A stretch of 64,000 nucleotides of DNA, from positions 224,001-288,000 of the forward strand of contig CBDFJG010000003.1 in the NCBI GenBank assembly GCA_965248445.1, read 5' to 3'. A program made the position numbers and the translations under genes. Below the pieces are notes generated by a model. The model did not search any database. It saw only the letters and a list, made by a program, of their open reading frames with translations, and was not told the origin of the DNA. Below, one piece after another: positions 20,203 through 29,783 of the stretch; within the stretch, counting starts at the first letter, position 1; the number at the start of each line of letters is the position of its first letter. The DNA is from Planctomycetota bacterium (GTDB lineage Bacteria; Planctomycetota; JAJSAM01; JAJVHW01).

Positions 20203-20998
20203 TCCGCGCCAGCCGCAATGCTGCGAACACCATGGCGGCGGCGGCGAGCAGAAGCGTGACCAGGCCGCCCGACGAGCGGGAGGCCGGATAGAGCACGCCG
20301 ACGGACAGCGTCGTGAACGTGGAGCGCAACGACGGTGCGGCGGAGACCGAGAGCATCTCGCGCTGCACGGACGCATCGGCACCGACGCGGACGATCTCGA
20401 CACTCACCTCGTCCGACTCGGATTCCGCCGAGAAGGCCGCGGCCCAACCGAGTTCCGGAGCGGCCTCCGGCGCCGTCGTGAACAGGAAGCGCGCCGCGAC
20501 GTCGTCGGCCGGGACGCGCTCCGCGTTCCCCTGCGAACCGGGTCCCCAACTCGTGAAGAGGCAGTCGCGATCGCGGAACGACCAGTCCGGAGCGCAGACG
20601 TACTGTTGGAACTGAGCGAGCTGCCGCACATCTTCGTTTCCCGCGACGGCCACGAGCGGCGTTCCGGACGACCGGATCGTCACCGCGATCCGGAGAGGAT
20701 CGCCGTCGCCGAGAACGTCGCCGAGCAGGATGACCGAGCGAAGTCCATCCACATCGGAGACGAGGGACAGCGCCCGGCCGAGTGCAGCGTGGCTGCCACG
20801 GATCGGCCCGACGACCGCGAACGCGAACGGCGAGAACGGCTCGTCGCCGCCGAGCTCCGGAAGGCCGCCGTCGTACTCGCCGACGCGCACGGCGCCGGCG
20901 GTCGCTTCGGCAGCCGCGGTGCGACCGGACATCGTGGCGGCGACGAGCAGGAGCGCAGATGCGAGCAGCAGTGCAGCGATGGCGTGGCGGAGCAGCAT
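20183..20998 (-). CDS. Degenerate metallophosphoesterase-fold protein with signal peptide and C-terminal TM
   Basis: FAFAVVGP, VILLGDVL, VAVAGNED (from GD/GNHD motifs); GAGGA RBS. Confidence 0.6.
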   Translation of the reverse strand: MLLRHAIAALLLASALLLVAATMSGRTAAAEATAGAVRVGEYDGGLPELGGDEPFSPFAFAVVGPIRGSHAALGRALSLVSDVDGLRSVILLGDVLGDGDPLRIAVTIRSSGTPLVAVAGNEDVRQLAQFQQYVCAPDWSFRDRDCLFTSWGPGSQGNAERVPADDVAARFLFTTAPEAAPELGWAAAFSAESESDEVSVEIVRVGADASVQREMLSVSAAPSLRSTFTTLSVGVLYPASRSSGGLVTLLLAAAAMVFAALRLARISRPPA

Positions 20999-21073
20999 GA
21001 TCCGTCCTCGAGAGGTCAGCCCAGGAGAGCGGCGAGCTCTGCGTGGTGCAGAACCCGCCGCGTGGGGGAGTGC

Positions 21074-22012
21074 CTACTCAACTTCCTCGAACAGGACTTC
21101 GTCCTCGGGCAGAGGCACCGGCACCGGCACCGGATCGGCAGGATCCGTGTTCGGCATCCGGCAGCGGTAGCCCATGACTCCGTCGAACCACCAGCCGACC
21201 TTGCGGAGCTGGCAGAAATCGAACGGGTCGGCGGCGTCTGCATCGACACCCAGCCGGCCCTCGAACGTGCCGATGAGCACGGACTCGCTGATCGTCTTGA
21301 GGTGCGCGATCGCGACGGTGTCGTCCCCGAAGTACTTGTTGAGGAGCCTCAGGCCGGGCTTGTGCGGGGAGCCCTGGTAGTAGCCCTCGTCGTGGAACGG
21401 GGCGCTGCAGCGACCGGCTTCGGCGGTGTCCACGACCGGCGTGATGCCCCGGCGCGGGCGCAGGCCCTGTGTTCCGATCAGGCCGACGTCGAAGAGCACG
21501 GCGCGATGGACCGAGTCTTCGCAGCCCTGCACGACGGCGACGATCCGCATGCGGCCGATCCAGCCGCCGACCGGCGTGATGCCGTTCGGGCCGATGTCTC
21601 GGATCCAGCGCGAGGTGTCGGCCTGGACCCGGTAGCGGACGCCCTCGTCCGTGATCGGCCCGAAGATCTCGTCGCACTGCGTGGTGCTGAGCTCGCGGTC
21701 GACCTGAATCGAGCGCACGAACTGGTAGGTCTCGGACGTGCCGGGCTGGATGCCGGGGCAGCGGTAGTCCCAGCACGAGACCACCTTGACGGCAGCTCCC
21801 ACGTCCATTGAGTTGACGCGCAAACCGAAGAACGGGCCGCGTGTGTCGTCCACGGGCCGCGTGTTGTCGCGCTCGTTGGCGAAGCTCGCCACGGCGCTCT
21901 TGCCGCGCCGGTTCTTGGCCTCGGCCGGCGTAGTACCAATGAACGGTGCTGCGGCCAAGCCGACGACTGCGACCGCGGTCAGCGCGGTGCGTACGTTATG
22001 CGTGATTCGCAT
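21074..22012 (-). CDS. Hypothetical secreted Cys-containing protein
   Basis: AGGAG RBS, signal peptide ending AEA. Confidence 0.75.
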   Translation of the reverse strand: MRITHNVRTALTAVAVVGLAAAPFIGTTPAEAKNRRGKSAVASFANERDNTRPVDDTRGPFFGLRVNSMDVGAAVKVVSCWDYRCPGIQPGTSETYQFVRSIQVDRELSTTQCDEIFGPITDEGVRYRVQADTSRWIRDIGPNGITPVGGWIGRMRIVAVVQGCEDSVHRAVLFDVGLIGTQGLRPRRGITPVVDTAEAGRCSAPFHDEGYYQGSPHKPGLRLLNKYFGDDTVAIAHLKTISESVLIGTFEGRLGVDADAADPFDFCQLRKVGWWFDGVMGYRCRMPNTDPADPVPVPVPLPEDEVLFEEVE

Positions 22013-22250
22013 CTCTCCTGAACCTCCTGCGGCGCGATGAGTGGTGCGCTGCGAACGTCCCACTCGTCCTGTCATCGGGCCGCGTCTCTGACCGTTTCTC
22101 AGATCGGGAGACGCGCGCGTTACGCGAGGAGGTCGTGCGCCGGGATTCGTGCCCCGACGACGCTTCGACCCTCAGCGCGTCCGCCTGTTGCACCGCCGTT
22201 ACGTCCGCCGGCCGCTCTCTGTCGTTTCATGACTGTGGAGACGACCCGAC

Positions 22251-22931
22251 GTGCGAACCCTCACAGCCAGAGCGCCCCTCCGAGCGATCACGCCGCCCGT
22301 CTTCTGGGCGGCCACGCTCGCGCTGAGCGTGCTGATCGTCGTCAATGCGGTGCCGTACTTCTCGTTCGGACGGGACTTCGACTTCCTGATCGAGAAGGGC
22401 GCTCGGGCCGGCGACCCGATCTGGCGGGCGGCGTTGTTCCATCACATCGCGGGCTCGCTCGTGTGTCTCGTCACCGGGCCGGTGTTGCTGTCCGGGCGCG
22501 CGCTGCGCGCTTCGAAGACGCTCCACCGCCGGCTCGGCTGGACGTACGTGCTCAGCGTGCTCTGTGTCGCGGCGCCTGCCGGGCTCTACCTCGCGCTCTT
22601 CGCGAAGGGCGGGTTCCTCGGCCAGAGCGGATTCGTCCTCGCGGGGCTGGCGTGGTTCGCGTCGACGTGGTTCGGCCTCCGCGCGATCCAGCAGCGCCGC
22701 ATGGCGGTGCACCTGACGTGGATGGCGCGGTCCTACGCCATCGCGTGGTCCGCCATCTCGTTCCGAGTCTTTCAGGTCGCGCTCTACGCAATCGGCGTCG
22801 GCGCGGACACCAACTACGTCGCCTCTCTCTGGCTGAGTCTCGGCACCAGTGTCGTGCTCGGCGAGTGGGGGGCCGCCCATCTGCGCGGGACGCTGCGAGC
22901 CCGCGCCCTCTCGACTGGAGTCATCCCATGA
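22251..22931 (+). CDS. DUF2306 family membrane protein
   Basis: HHIAGSLV, LHRRLGWTYV, HLTWMARSYA..FRV. Confidence 0.85.
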   Translation: MRTLTARAPLRAITPPVFWAATLALSVLIVVNAVPYFSFGRDFDFLIEKGARAGDPIWRAALFHHIAGSLVCLVTGPVLLSGRALRASKTLHRRLGWTYVLSVLCVAAPAGLYLALFAKGGFLGQSGFVLAGLAWFASTWFGLRAIQQRRMAVHLTWMARSYAIAWSAISFRVFQVALYAIGVGADTNYVASLWLSLGTSVVLGEWGAAHLRGTLRARALSTGVIP

Positions 22932-23422
22932 AGCCCCTCCTCCCGTTCGCATTCGTGAGCGCCGTGTCGTTCGCGTTCATGGCCGGACAACTGGCGCCCG
23001 CCCCCGAAGCGCTCGCGTGCGGCGACTACATGTCGCTGATGACCGAACTCACGCAGGCCGACGTCGATCTCGCTGTCAGCCTGCTCGAGAAGCAGGTGCC
23101 GGACCGCCTGACGGCGCTCGGTACCGCGCAGCCCGAGCGAAAGCTCTTCTCTCGCGCCGCACCTCGGCCCGTCACGGCGTCGTCCGTCGTGGTGCTGTCC
23201 TACCAGGCGCCCCGCGTCGGCGACCGCGCGTGGGCCGAGTCGAAGACGGTGTTCGGCCCGCTGACCGTTGCCGCCAACGGCACGACCCGCACGAGCACCC
23301 GCTACCGCATCGACCTCGCGACCGAGACCGTCCAGTTGCTGAAGGCAGACAAGTGGGTCGCGGCCGCCGAGTGGACGCGCACAGCCCAGGCGAAGACCGA
23401 GGAGGCGGCAGCGGGTCGGTAG
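22928..23422 (+). CDS. Hypothetical secreted protein
   Basis: GGAG RBS, ATGA overlap with the DUF2306 gene, signal ending ALA|CGDY. Confidence 0.7.
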   Translation: MKPLLPFAFVSAVSFAFMAGQLAPAPEALACGDYMSLMTELTQADVDLAVSLLEKQVPDRLTALGTAQPERKLFSRAAPRPVTASSVVVLSYQAPRVGDRAWAESKTVFGPLTVAANGTTRTSTRYRIDLATETVQLLKADKWVAAAEWTRTAQAKTEEAAAGR

Positions 23423-23427
23423 GCCCG

Positions 23428-24489
23428 TCAACCTGCGAGCGCGGCGCGCGCGACGGCACGCTTGAGTGCGCCGGAGCGGCGGGCGACGCCGAGGGCGAAT
23501 CGCGCAAGGCTCCCGGTGACGAAGCCGGATGCCGCGATGAACCTCCGCGCCCGCTCGCTGTCTCGGATGACCCTCGCTCCGGCGGCGTGCCGCGACGCGC
23601 GGTAACCACTCAGCGTTCCCGCCACGAGACGCTCTGCGAGTTCCGCCGCGTCCGCGATGCCGAGGTTCATGCCGCGGCCGCCGACGGGGGAGTGGCAGTG
23701 CGCGGCGTCGCCCGCGAGGTAGACCCGTCCCGCGGAGTAACTCTGCGCCTGCCGGACGGAGATCTCGAACTGACCCACGCGCCGCACGTTGGTGACCCGC
23801 AGTTCGAGCGGCAGCGTCGCGAGGGCATCGCTCGTGTTCGAGACCACCCGGTAGCGGTCCGGTTCGAGAGGGACCACCACGACGAACTGGCCACTCGGAA
23901 GCACGCAGATGGTCATGGTCGTCGGACGTGGCCACTCCTCGGCGTCGACGTCGGCGATGGACCAGGTCTCCGGCAGATCGATGCCCGCGTACGCGATGCC
24001 GACCGCATCGCGTGTGGCGCTCCCGATCCCGTCTGCGCCGATGACGTAGTCGCACTCCATCTCGTCGCCGTCGCTCGTCACGACACGGACGTGCTCGCCG
24101 GCATCCCGCACGCCGACGAGCGCGGTGCCGTATCGGACGCTCCCCCCGAACCCCGTGAACGCGTCCCGCAGCGCCTCCTCAGTCCGGTCCTGCGGAAGGG
24201 CGAGCGCGTAGTCGCGCTCCGGATGCGCGCCCGCGAACGCGATGCGGAGGCGGCTGCGCGCGCCGCGGAAGATCTCCAGTCCCTCGATGCGAATGCCCTC
24301 GGACAGCAGCCGCTCGGCAACACCCGAGGGACCGAGCGTCCGCAGGCTGCTCGGGAGGATGCCGACCGCGCGCGACAACGTGGACGGGCCAGTCTTCTTG
24401 TCGACGACCACGGGGACTACGCCCCGGCGGGCGAGTTCGACGGCGGCCGTCAGCCCGGTGGGGCCGGCCCCTGCGATCACGACGCGCAT
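23428..24489 (-). CDS. FAD-dependent monooxygenase
   Basis: GAGPTG, IGADGIGSATR, YLAGDAAHCHSPVGGRGMNLGIADA. Confidence 0.92.
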   Translation of the reverse strand: MRVVIAGAGPTGLTAAVELARRGVVPVVVDKKTGPSTLSRAVGILPSSLRTLGPSGVAERLLSEGIRIEGLEIFRGARSRLRIAFAGAHPERDYALALPQDRTEEALRDAFTGFGGSVRYGTALVGVRDAGEHVRVVTSDGDEMECDYVIGADGIGSATRDAVGIAYAGIDLPETWSIADVDAEEWPRPTTMTICVLPSGQFVVVVPLEPDRYRVVSNTSDALATLPLELRVTNVRRVGQFEISVRQAQSYSAGRVYLAGDAAHCHSPVGGRGMNLGIADAAELAERLVAGTLSGYRASRHAAGARVIRDSERARRFIAASGFVTGSLARFALGVARRSGALKRAVARAALAG

Positions 24490-24692
24490 GGTTCGCATGA
24501 TGGGTAATGGGTCATCCAGACCCGTGAATTCCTTCACCGTGCGCTATGACTCGCGCGAACCCTCGTGCAGGCGCTTCGCCTCGTCGTACGAGCGGAAGAG
24601 AAGCCACGCACTGAACCCGAGGGCATAGACGAGGCCGCCCGCCATCCACCAGGTCAGCGTGTCACGTCCCGCGTGGCACGTAGCCTGTACCC

Positions 24693-25847
24693 GTGACTCA
24701 CGACACGGGTGCGGCCGACCCGGAACAGCCCGAGTACGGCGTCAACCCGCCGCGGCGGCCCGGGGAACCCCGGCAGGCGTTGCCCGGCCCGCCGGTCGCT
24801 GCCGTCCCGTTCTCGCCGGTGCGGTACTGGGCTCCCGGCGTTGCCTTGGCGTTGGCGGTCGTCGTCACAACGGCTTTCATCTACGTGCTGCTGTCTTACG
24901 GCGAGCGGTTCCAAGCGCTCGGGCTACCGTTGATCCTCGGCGGTCCGGTGACCCTCGGATGCGTGCTGGGATACGGGCTCGCGTTCCGGATGGTCGTGCG
25001 CGCGTACTTCGCGGTGACCGTGCTCGGCACGGTTGTGTGGTGCCTCGTCAGCTTCTCGGTGGCCGGACTGTTGTGCGCCCCCATCCTGGCTCTGCTCGGC
25101 GCCCCCGGTGTCGCCATCGGAACGACCCTCGGTGTCGTGCTGCGCAAAAAGCTGAAGAACACGTCATTCTCGCAGCGTCGCTTCCTGCCCGGACTCCTGC
25201 TGGCCGCGCTCACCGTGCTCGGCACCGCGATGCAGTCCGCACTCTTACCACCCGCTGACGAAGAGACGGTGGTGACGACGGCGGTCGTGGATGCTCCGAT
25301 CGAAGCCGTGTGGGCAGCCCGCGCGTTCGACGATCCGAGCCGGATGGCGCCGGCATCGCCGTACTCTCGCCTGGGCCTCCCGTCACCGCGCGGCAACGTC
25401 GGCTCGCTCACAGAGGTGGGGGACCGCAAGGCCTGCCACATCGGGAGCGGCATCCTCCGGCTGCTCGTTGTCGAGTCCGAACCGCCCACCTCGCTCGCGT
25501 TCGTCGTCACCGAGCAGTCCGGTTTCGAGGACAACAACGTCGCGTTGCGTCGTGGACGGCTCTCGCTCCGTGCGCTCGGACCGGACCGCACGCGCGTCGT
25601 GCTGTCGACGACCTACGCGCCGCTGCTGCGCGACCGTCTGCTCTGGCGTCCGATCGAACGCTTCATCGCTCGGGAGTTGCACGGCCACGTCGTCCGCGAG
25701 ATGCGACGGGCGGCGAAGGCTCAGCAGGTCTCGGCCAGCACGACCTCGCGTGGGCAGTTCCAGCGCACCGGAAGCGTGTCGCCCGCGCCGCGGGAGACCA
25801 CGAGCGTCGAGTCGCCCTCCTCGAAACGCAGCCCGTTCCAGCGATAG
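24693..25847 (+). CDS. Membrane protein with SRPBCC-like C-terminal domain
   Basis: Five TM helices, then VVTTAVVDAPIEAVW..LGLPSP..RTRVVLSTTY. Confidence 0.75.
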   Translation: MTHDTGAADPEQPEYGVNPPRRPGEPRQALPGPPVAAVPFSPVRYWAPGVALALAVVVTTAFIYVLLSYGERFQALGLPLILGGPVTLGCVLGYGLAFRMVVRAYFAVTVLGTVVWCLVSFSVAGLLCAPILALLGAPGVAIGTTLGVVLRKKLKNTSFSQRRFLPGLLLAALTVLGTAMQSALLPPADEETVVTTAVVDAPIEAVWAARAFDDPSRMAPASPYSRLGLPSPRGNVGSLTEVGDRKACHIGSGILRLLVVESEPPTSLAFVVTEQSGFEDNNVALRRGRLSLRALGPDRTRVVLSTTYAPLLRDRLLWRPIERFIARELHGHVVREMRRAAKAQQVSASTTSRGQFQRTGSVSPAPRETTSVESPSSKRSPFQR

Positions 25848-26404
25848 AACCACGCGCCCGGGTACATGCGCCCACGGGCGGTGTACGCGACCCATTGGCA
25901 GCCGTGCAGGTGACCGGCGAGCGTGAGCCGAACGCCGCTCTTGCGGGCCTCCGGCCAGACCTGCGGGTAGTGCGCGCAGAGCACGTGTGCGTCACGCCGC
26001 ACTCGCCCCTCGATCACGACGCCGTCCAGGTCGAGCGGTGCGTCGGGAAGCCAGCGCCCACCGGCGCCGACCACCGCATCGCGAACCGCGCGAACCCCGG
26101 CCAGCGCGTCGTGATTGCCCGGCACCGCCGCGACGGTCACGGTCCTCGCGAGACCGGCGATGGCCTCGCCGAGCGCGCGCACGCCACGCGGGCCGTCCGC
26201 GAGGTCGCCGCCGAGCAGCAGCGCGTCTGGTTCCGTCTCGGCAACCGCTTCGAGAAGTAGCGCGGGGACGTTGCGCGTCCACGCCCGGCCCAGGTGCAGG
26301 TCACTTGCGTAGAGCAGTCGAGGGCCCGATCCGCCGAGACCGATGTCGACGCTCTCCTGACGCACGTGCAGGTGCAGCGAGCGTCCGACCACCAAACGAC
26401 TCAC
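25721..26404 (-). CDS. Metallophosphoesterase (YkuE-like)
   Basis: ASDLHLG, LGGDLAD, VPGNHD, LAGHLHG, VSRGAG..RWNCPREV. Confidence 0.88.
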   Translation of the reverse strand: MSRLVVGRSLHLHVRQESVDIGLGGSGPRLLYASDLHLGRAWTRNVPALLLEAVAETEPDALLLGGDLADGPRGVRALGEAIAGLARTVTVAAVPGNHDALAGVRAVRDAVVGAGGRWLPDAPLDLDGVVIEGRVRRDAHVLCAHYPQVWPEARKSGVRLTLAGHLHGCQWVAYTARGRMYPGAWFYRWNGLRFEEGDSTLVVSRGAGDTLPVRWNCPREVVLAETC

Positions 26405-26982
26405 GCCACCACGCTGTTTCGAGACTTGGGGAGCGACTTGGCGCTCTCTGTCGCCGTGCGTGCGTGCTCGTACCAGAGCAACACCGCGAGGCAACCGAGG
26501 CACCATGAGCGCACGATCCCGCGGCCGCCGAGACCGCCGAAGAGCATCACCGTGGCCAGGACAGAGACGGTGCCCATCGCTGCGATCACACCGCCCGCAC
26601 GCGCGACGAGCGCGCGGGACGCAGCGAAGGGGCTCTCCGCGCCGTCGAGGGCCGCGGGGAACGCGAACACGAGCGACGCTTCGACGGCATAGAACGCCGG
26701 AAGAGCCGCCAACAGCCACCACGCGGATCCCGTTACCCACGCGAGTGCCGCGGGGACGAGCGCGGCGACCGTGCACGCGCCGTACTTCAGCACGCCGAGT
26801 TGAGTGAACGACCGGTGTCCCTCCGGCGCCCGGCCGCGCAGCACGCCGAGGGCGGCGCGCATCCACTCCGCTCCGCCGCGGAACCCGGCGCGAGCGGCGC
26901 TTCGCGCACGTCCCGCCAAGTCGTGCGCCGGATCGTCATAGACGAGTGCGGCATCGCGCATCAGGTGGATCGCTTCACGCAC
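26401..26982 (-). CDS. Hypothetical membrane protein
   Basis: TM helices, FYAVEASLVFAFP; overlaps both neighbours (operon). Confidence 0.65.
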   Translation of the reverse strand: MREAIHLMRDAALVYDDPAHDLAGRARSAARAGFRGGAEWMRAALGVLRGRAPEGHRSFTQLGVLKYGACTVAALVPAALAWVTGSAWWLLAALPAFYAVEASLVFAFPAALDGAESPFAASRALVARAGGVIAAMGTVSVLATVMLFGGLGGRGIVRSWCLGCLAVLLWYEHARTATESAKSLPKSRNSVVA

Positions 26983-27499
26983 CGCCGTGTTCCACGAAAC
27001 ACCACTGCGCCCACGCGAGCCATGCGATGCCCATGCCGATGGTGAGCACGCGGTGCAGCATCGACTCGAGGCGGCTGCAGCGGCGATGGAACGTGAACTC
27101 GTCGTAGCAGATGAGAACCAACGTCGCACCCGCGACCACGAGCACCGGAATCAGTAGGTGTCGCGGCTCAGGCGAGAGCGTTGCGAGCGACATGAGGACG
27201 AACAGCGGCAGTCCGCCGCCGAACAGTGCGAGGAACTCCGCGCGGCGCTCCGCGTGCCCGACCCGCCGGCCGCCGCGCCGGTGGTATTGCCAGTCGGCAA
27301 CGCCGGCCGCCGTCGCGAGCGTTCCGGCGACGGCGACGATGCCGAGCTGCCACGGCAGGGGCGCATCTCCCGTCAGCCACGGGAACCGCATGTCGCCGCG
27401 CAGCACGAGCAGGCCGACCGCGAACAGCACACCGGGAAGGACCGCGGCGCAGACGTTCGCAACCTGGAGAGGCTCGAACCTGCGAACGGCGACGGACAT
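26975..27499 (-). CDS. Hypothetical membrane protein with His-rich motifs
   Basis: DWQYHR, YDEFTFHRRC, ESMLHR; TAGTTT -10 box 7 nt before ATG 27499. Confidence 0.7.
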   Translation of the reverse strand: MSVAVRRFEPLQVANVCAAVLPGVLFAVGLLVLRGDMRFPWLTGDAPLPWQLGIVAVAGTLATAAGVADWQYHRRGGRRVGHAERRAEFLALFGGGLPLFVLMSLATLSPEPRHLLIPVLVVAGATLVLICYDEFTFHRRCSRLESMLHRVLTIGMGIAWLAWAQWCFVEHGGA

Positions 27500-27562
27500 C
27501 CGCGACAAACTACGACGCGACGCCGACGCCGCCGGACGAGCCAGCTTGCTGGGCAGCGGGGG

Positions 27563-28090
27563 TCAGAGACCGAAGTGGAAGAGGTGGTAGATCCGACCTC
27601 GCTTCAAACCGCCACCGAAGTGACGTGTGGCGGAGTGGAACACCCCTCCCGGGAACAGCAGCGCACGGTTGTAGAGATTGCCGATCCGGCCCACCTCTTC
27701 CCAGCGTCGCTTGCGCGGGCTGTCCTCCTCGAGTTCTTCCAGTATATCGGCGAGAGGTGTGCGCAGTCGTTTGGCATCGCGCCACGTGGGCTTGGCGAGG
27801 AGACCCGTGCGCCGGTGGCGCCAGAACGACGTGCCGGCGTCCGCGGGCGCACCGGGCGTGAGGTAGACGAGCATCGAGATCCACGCGGTCGGCTCGTCAT
27901 AGTGCACGCCGACGGCCTCTGCCTTGTGGCCCTTGGCGAGCGCACTGAAGAACACGCCCTGGCCGAAGTCCTTATGTGCGTTGTCGGTGTGCCACTCGCG
28001 AATCCGCTGGCCGAGCGCCTTCTCGATCCGCCCGCGAATGCCTCGGGGGAAGTACGGCGCCGTCCGCCAGCCGGTCACCTCTTCGTACAC
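27563..28090 (-). CDS. DUF6445-like / 2OG-Fe(II) oxygenase-like protein, probably 5'-truncated
   Basis: VHYD, LVYLTP..GTSFWRH, NLYNRALLFPGGVFHSA..GRIYHLFHF (HxD..H triad). Confidence 0.65.
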   Translation of the reverse strand: MYEEVTGWRTAPYFPRGIRGRIEKALGQRIREWHTDNAHKDFGQGVFFSALAKGHKAEAVGVHYDEPTAWISMLVYLTPGAPADAGTSFWRHRRTGLLAKPTWRDAKRLRTPLADILEELEEDSPRKRRWEEVGRIGNLYNRALLFPGGVFHSATRHFGGGLKRGRIYHLFHFGL

Positions 28091-28185
28091 CGGGGTCGGC
28101 CTGAGGCATCTCGCTTCCGACGGTCGGCCACCGGCACTCGGCTGAGCTTGCGGCCACCGCCGCCGGCAGGAGTCCCGCGCCGCCC

Positions 28186-28315
28186 CTACTTGATGTGAGA
28201 CTCCGTCCGGTTCCGTTCAGGACCGGTACAGGCTCCGACGTTCCGCAAGCGCATCGCCAACGCGGGACAACGAAGCGCCTTCGCGAACTCCGCGTATGCA
28301 CAGGATGGGCACAAG
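28186..28315. repeat. 130-bp cassette left-end repeat, copy 1 (15-bp att-like core plus terminal GCACA(A/G)G direct repeats)
   Basis: Ungapped alignment to 31511-31640, 114/130 identical (manual count). Confidence 0.92.
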
Positions 28316-28316
28316 C

Positions 28317-28832
28317 TCAGGAACGCGCGTTGGCGCTCGGAGCAACGGAAGGCCGCTTGCGGCGCAGCAGGAACCAGGCCATGAAGACTCCGAACGCGGC
28401 AGCGACGAAGGCCAGCGGGATCGTTTTCGGTTCGTCCTCCACGAACATCATCGCCGTGAACCAGCAGGCGCCCATCCACAACGCAACCAAGACGAAGACG
28501 GCGGCTCGGCGACCTGCAGAGGCTTGTCCAACCACTCGTTCGAGCCGCTCTCGCGCGTTCTTGCCCTCTTCGTAGTAGCGCCAATCCCGGCAGATGCTCC
28601 AGTGCGCCCACGCGCCCAGTGCGACGGCGGAGACCGGCACGAGCCACCACATCTCGCTCCAGTATTCGGTCGTCGGGTCGCGCGAGATCATCGCAGCCCA
28701 AGCGAGGGGTGCGATTGCCGCCAGCGCGTAGCCGATGATGATCAGGCGTGTGAGGCCGAGACGCCGAAGGACCAGCCACACTCCTGGGGAAGTGATTCCG
28801 AACGGGCGGCGCTGTGGGGCGAGGAGACTCAC
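28317..28832 (-). CDS. Hypothetical membrane protein (cassette cargo)
   Basis: Four TM helices; stop 2 nt from the left-end repeat; TAGAAT 7 nt before GTG. Confidence 0.7.
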   Translation of the reverse strand: MSLLAPQRRPFGITSPGVWLVLRRLGLTRLIIIGYALAAIAPLAWAAMISRDPTTEYWSEMWWLVPVSAVALGAWAHWSICRDWRYYEEGKNARERLERVVGQASAGRRAAVFVLVALWMGACWFTAMMFVEDEPKTIPLAFVAAAFGVFMAWFLLRRKRPSVAPSANARS

Positions 28833-28892
28833 GGTACTGATTCTAACCGCTCGATCGGTTCCGCGGTTCCGGGGTGACCGCGCGCCACACCG

Positions 28893-28912
28893 GGCGCGCC
28901 ATACCGAGACCG
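28893..28912. repeat. Cassette right-end motif GGCGCGCCATACCGAGACCG
   Basis: Identical 20-mer at 32214-32233. Confidence 0.85.
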
Positions 28913-28914
28913 TC

Positions 28915-29655
28915 TCAGCGGCGGCCGACGAACACGAACTCCTTGCCTGGCCGATCGGGTGCGTCGCGAACGTCGGCGATCTCGAAGCCGGCGCTGACCA
29001 ACGAGCGTTCGATGGCGGCTCGGGACCGGAATCGCAACGTCGACTCCGACGTCAGCCTGCGGCCGTCGCTCTCGAAGACGTAGACCGCATCGAACGTGAC
29101 GAACTCGCCGCGCACTGCGGTGACGTCGACCCACGTGTCGACGCGTTCCCCGTCCGGCATCGTCACCGTGCCGCGCGACGCCGCCTCCGTCCTCTCCTCC
29201 CAGTCACGTCGCGCCGGGTTGCGGGTCTCGAACACGAGATGACCTCCGGGGTGAATGCAGCGCGCCAACGCACCGAGTGTCTCCGACCAATCGTCGTCGG
29301 TCAGGAAGACCTGGGCCACGTTGCCGGTCATGGTCGCGAGGTCGACGCGGACCGGTGTCTCGAGCCGGGCAAGCGCAGTGGCGTCACCGTGCACCCAGCG
29401 CACGCGGTCGGCCGCCGGCTTCACCGCGGCCAGAGCGAGCGATGCGGCGGCCGGATCGAGCCCGGTCACCTCGATGCCGCGAATCGCCAATCGGCACACC
29501 AGCTCGCCGGTGCCGCAGCCGATGTCGAGCACGGATCGCGCGGCGAGCTCGTCGACGATCGACTCGTAGTGACTGAGGTCGTCGCGATGGCCTTCGGACG
29601 GGTCGTAGACGGCGGCCAGTCGCGGGTCGGAGAATGCCGTGTCGGCGGTCAGCAC
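28915..29655 (-). CDS. Class I SAM-dependent methyltransferase (cassette cargo)
   Basis: SVLDIGCGTG, VTGLDPAAASL, DLATMTGNVAQVFL, PGGHLVFETRNP. Confidence 0.92.
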   Translation of the reverse strand: MLTADTAFSDPRLAAVYDPSEGHRDDLSHYESIVDELAARSVLDIGCGTGELVCRLAIRGIEVTGLDPAAASLALAAVKPAADRVRWVHGDATALARLETPVRVDLATMTGNVAQVFLTDDDWSETLGALARCIHPGGHLVFETRNPARRDWEERTEAASRGTVTMPDGERVDTWVDVTAVRGEFVTFDAVYVFESDGRRLTSESTLRFRSRAAIERSLVSAGFEIADVRDAPDRPGKEFVFVGRR

Positions 29656-29706
29656 GCCCGCCACTCTACGGACGATACCGAGTGCGCTGAATTCCATCAC
29701 CGTGCG

Positions 29707-29741
29707 TGGACATACCGTGACCGGTGTCCGTTGCCACACGG
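29707..29741. repeat. Cassette right-end motif TGGACATACCGWGACCGGTGTCCGTTGCCRCACGG
   Basis: 33/35 identical to 31454-31488. Confidence 0.88.
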
Positions 29742-29783
29742 TGGAACACGGGACCCGCTGTCCGTTCAGTCATCTGCCGCAAG

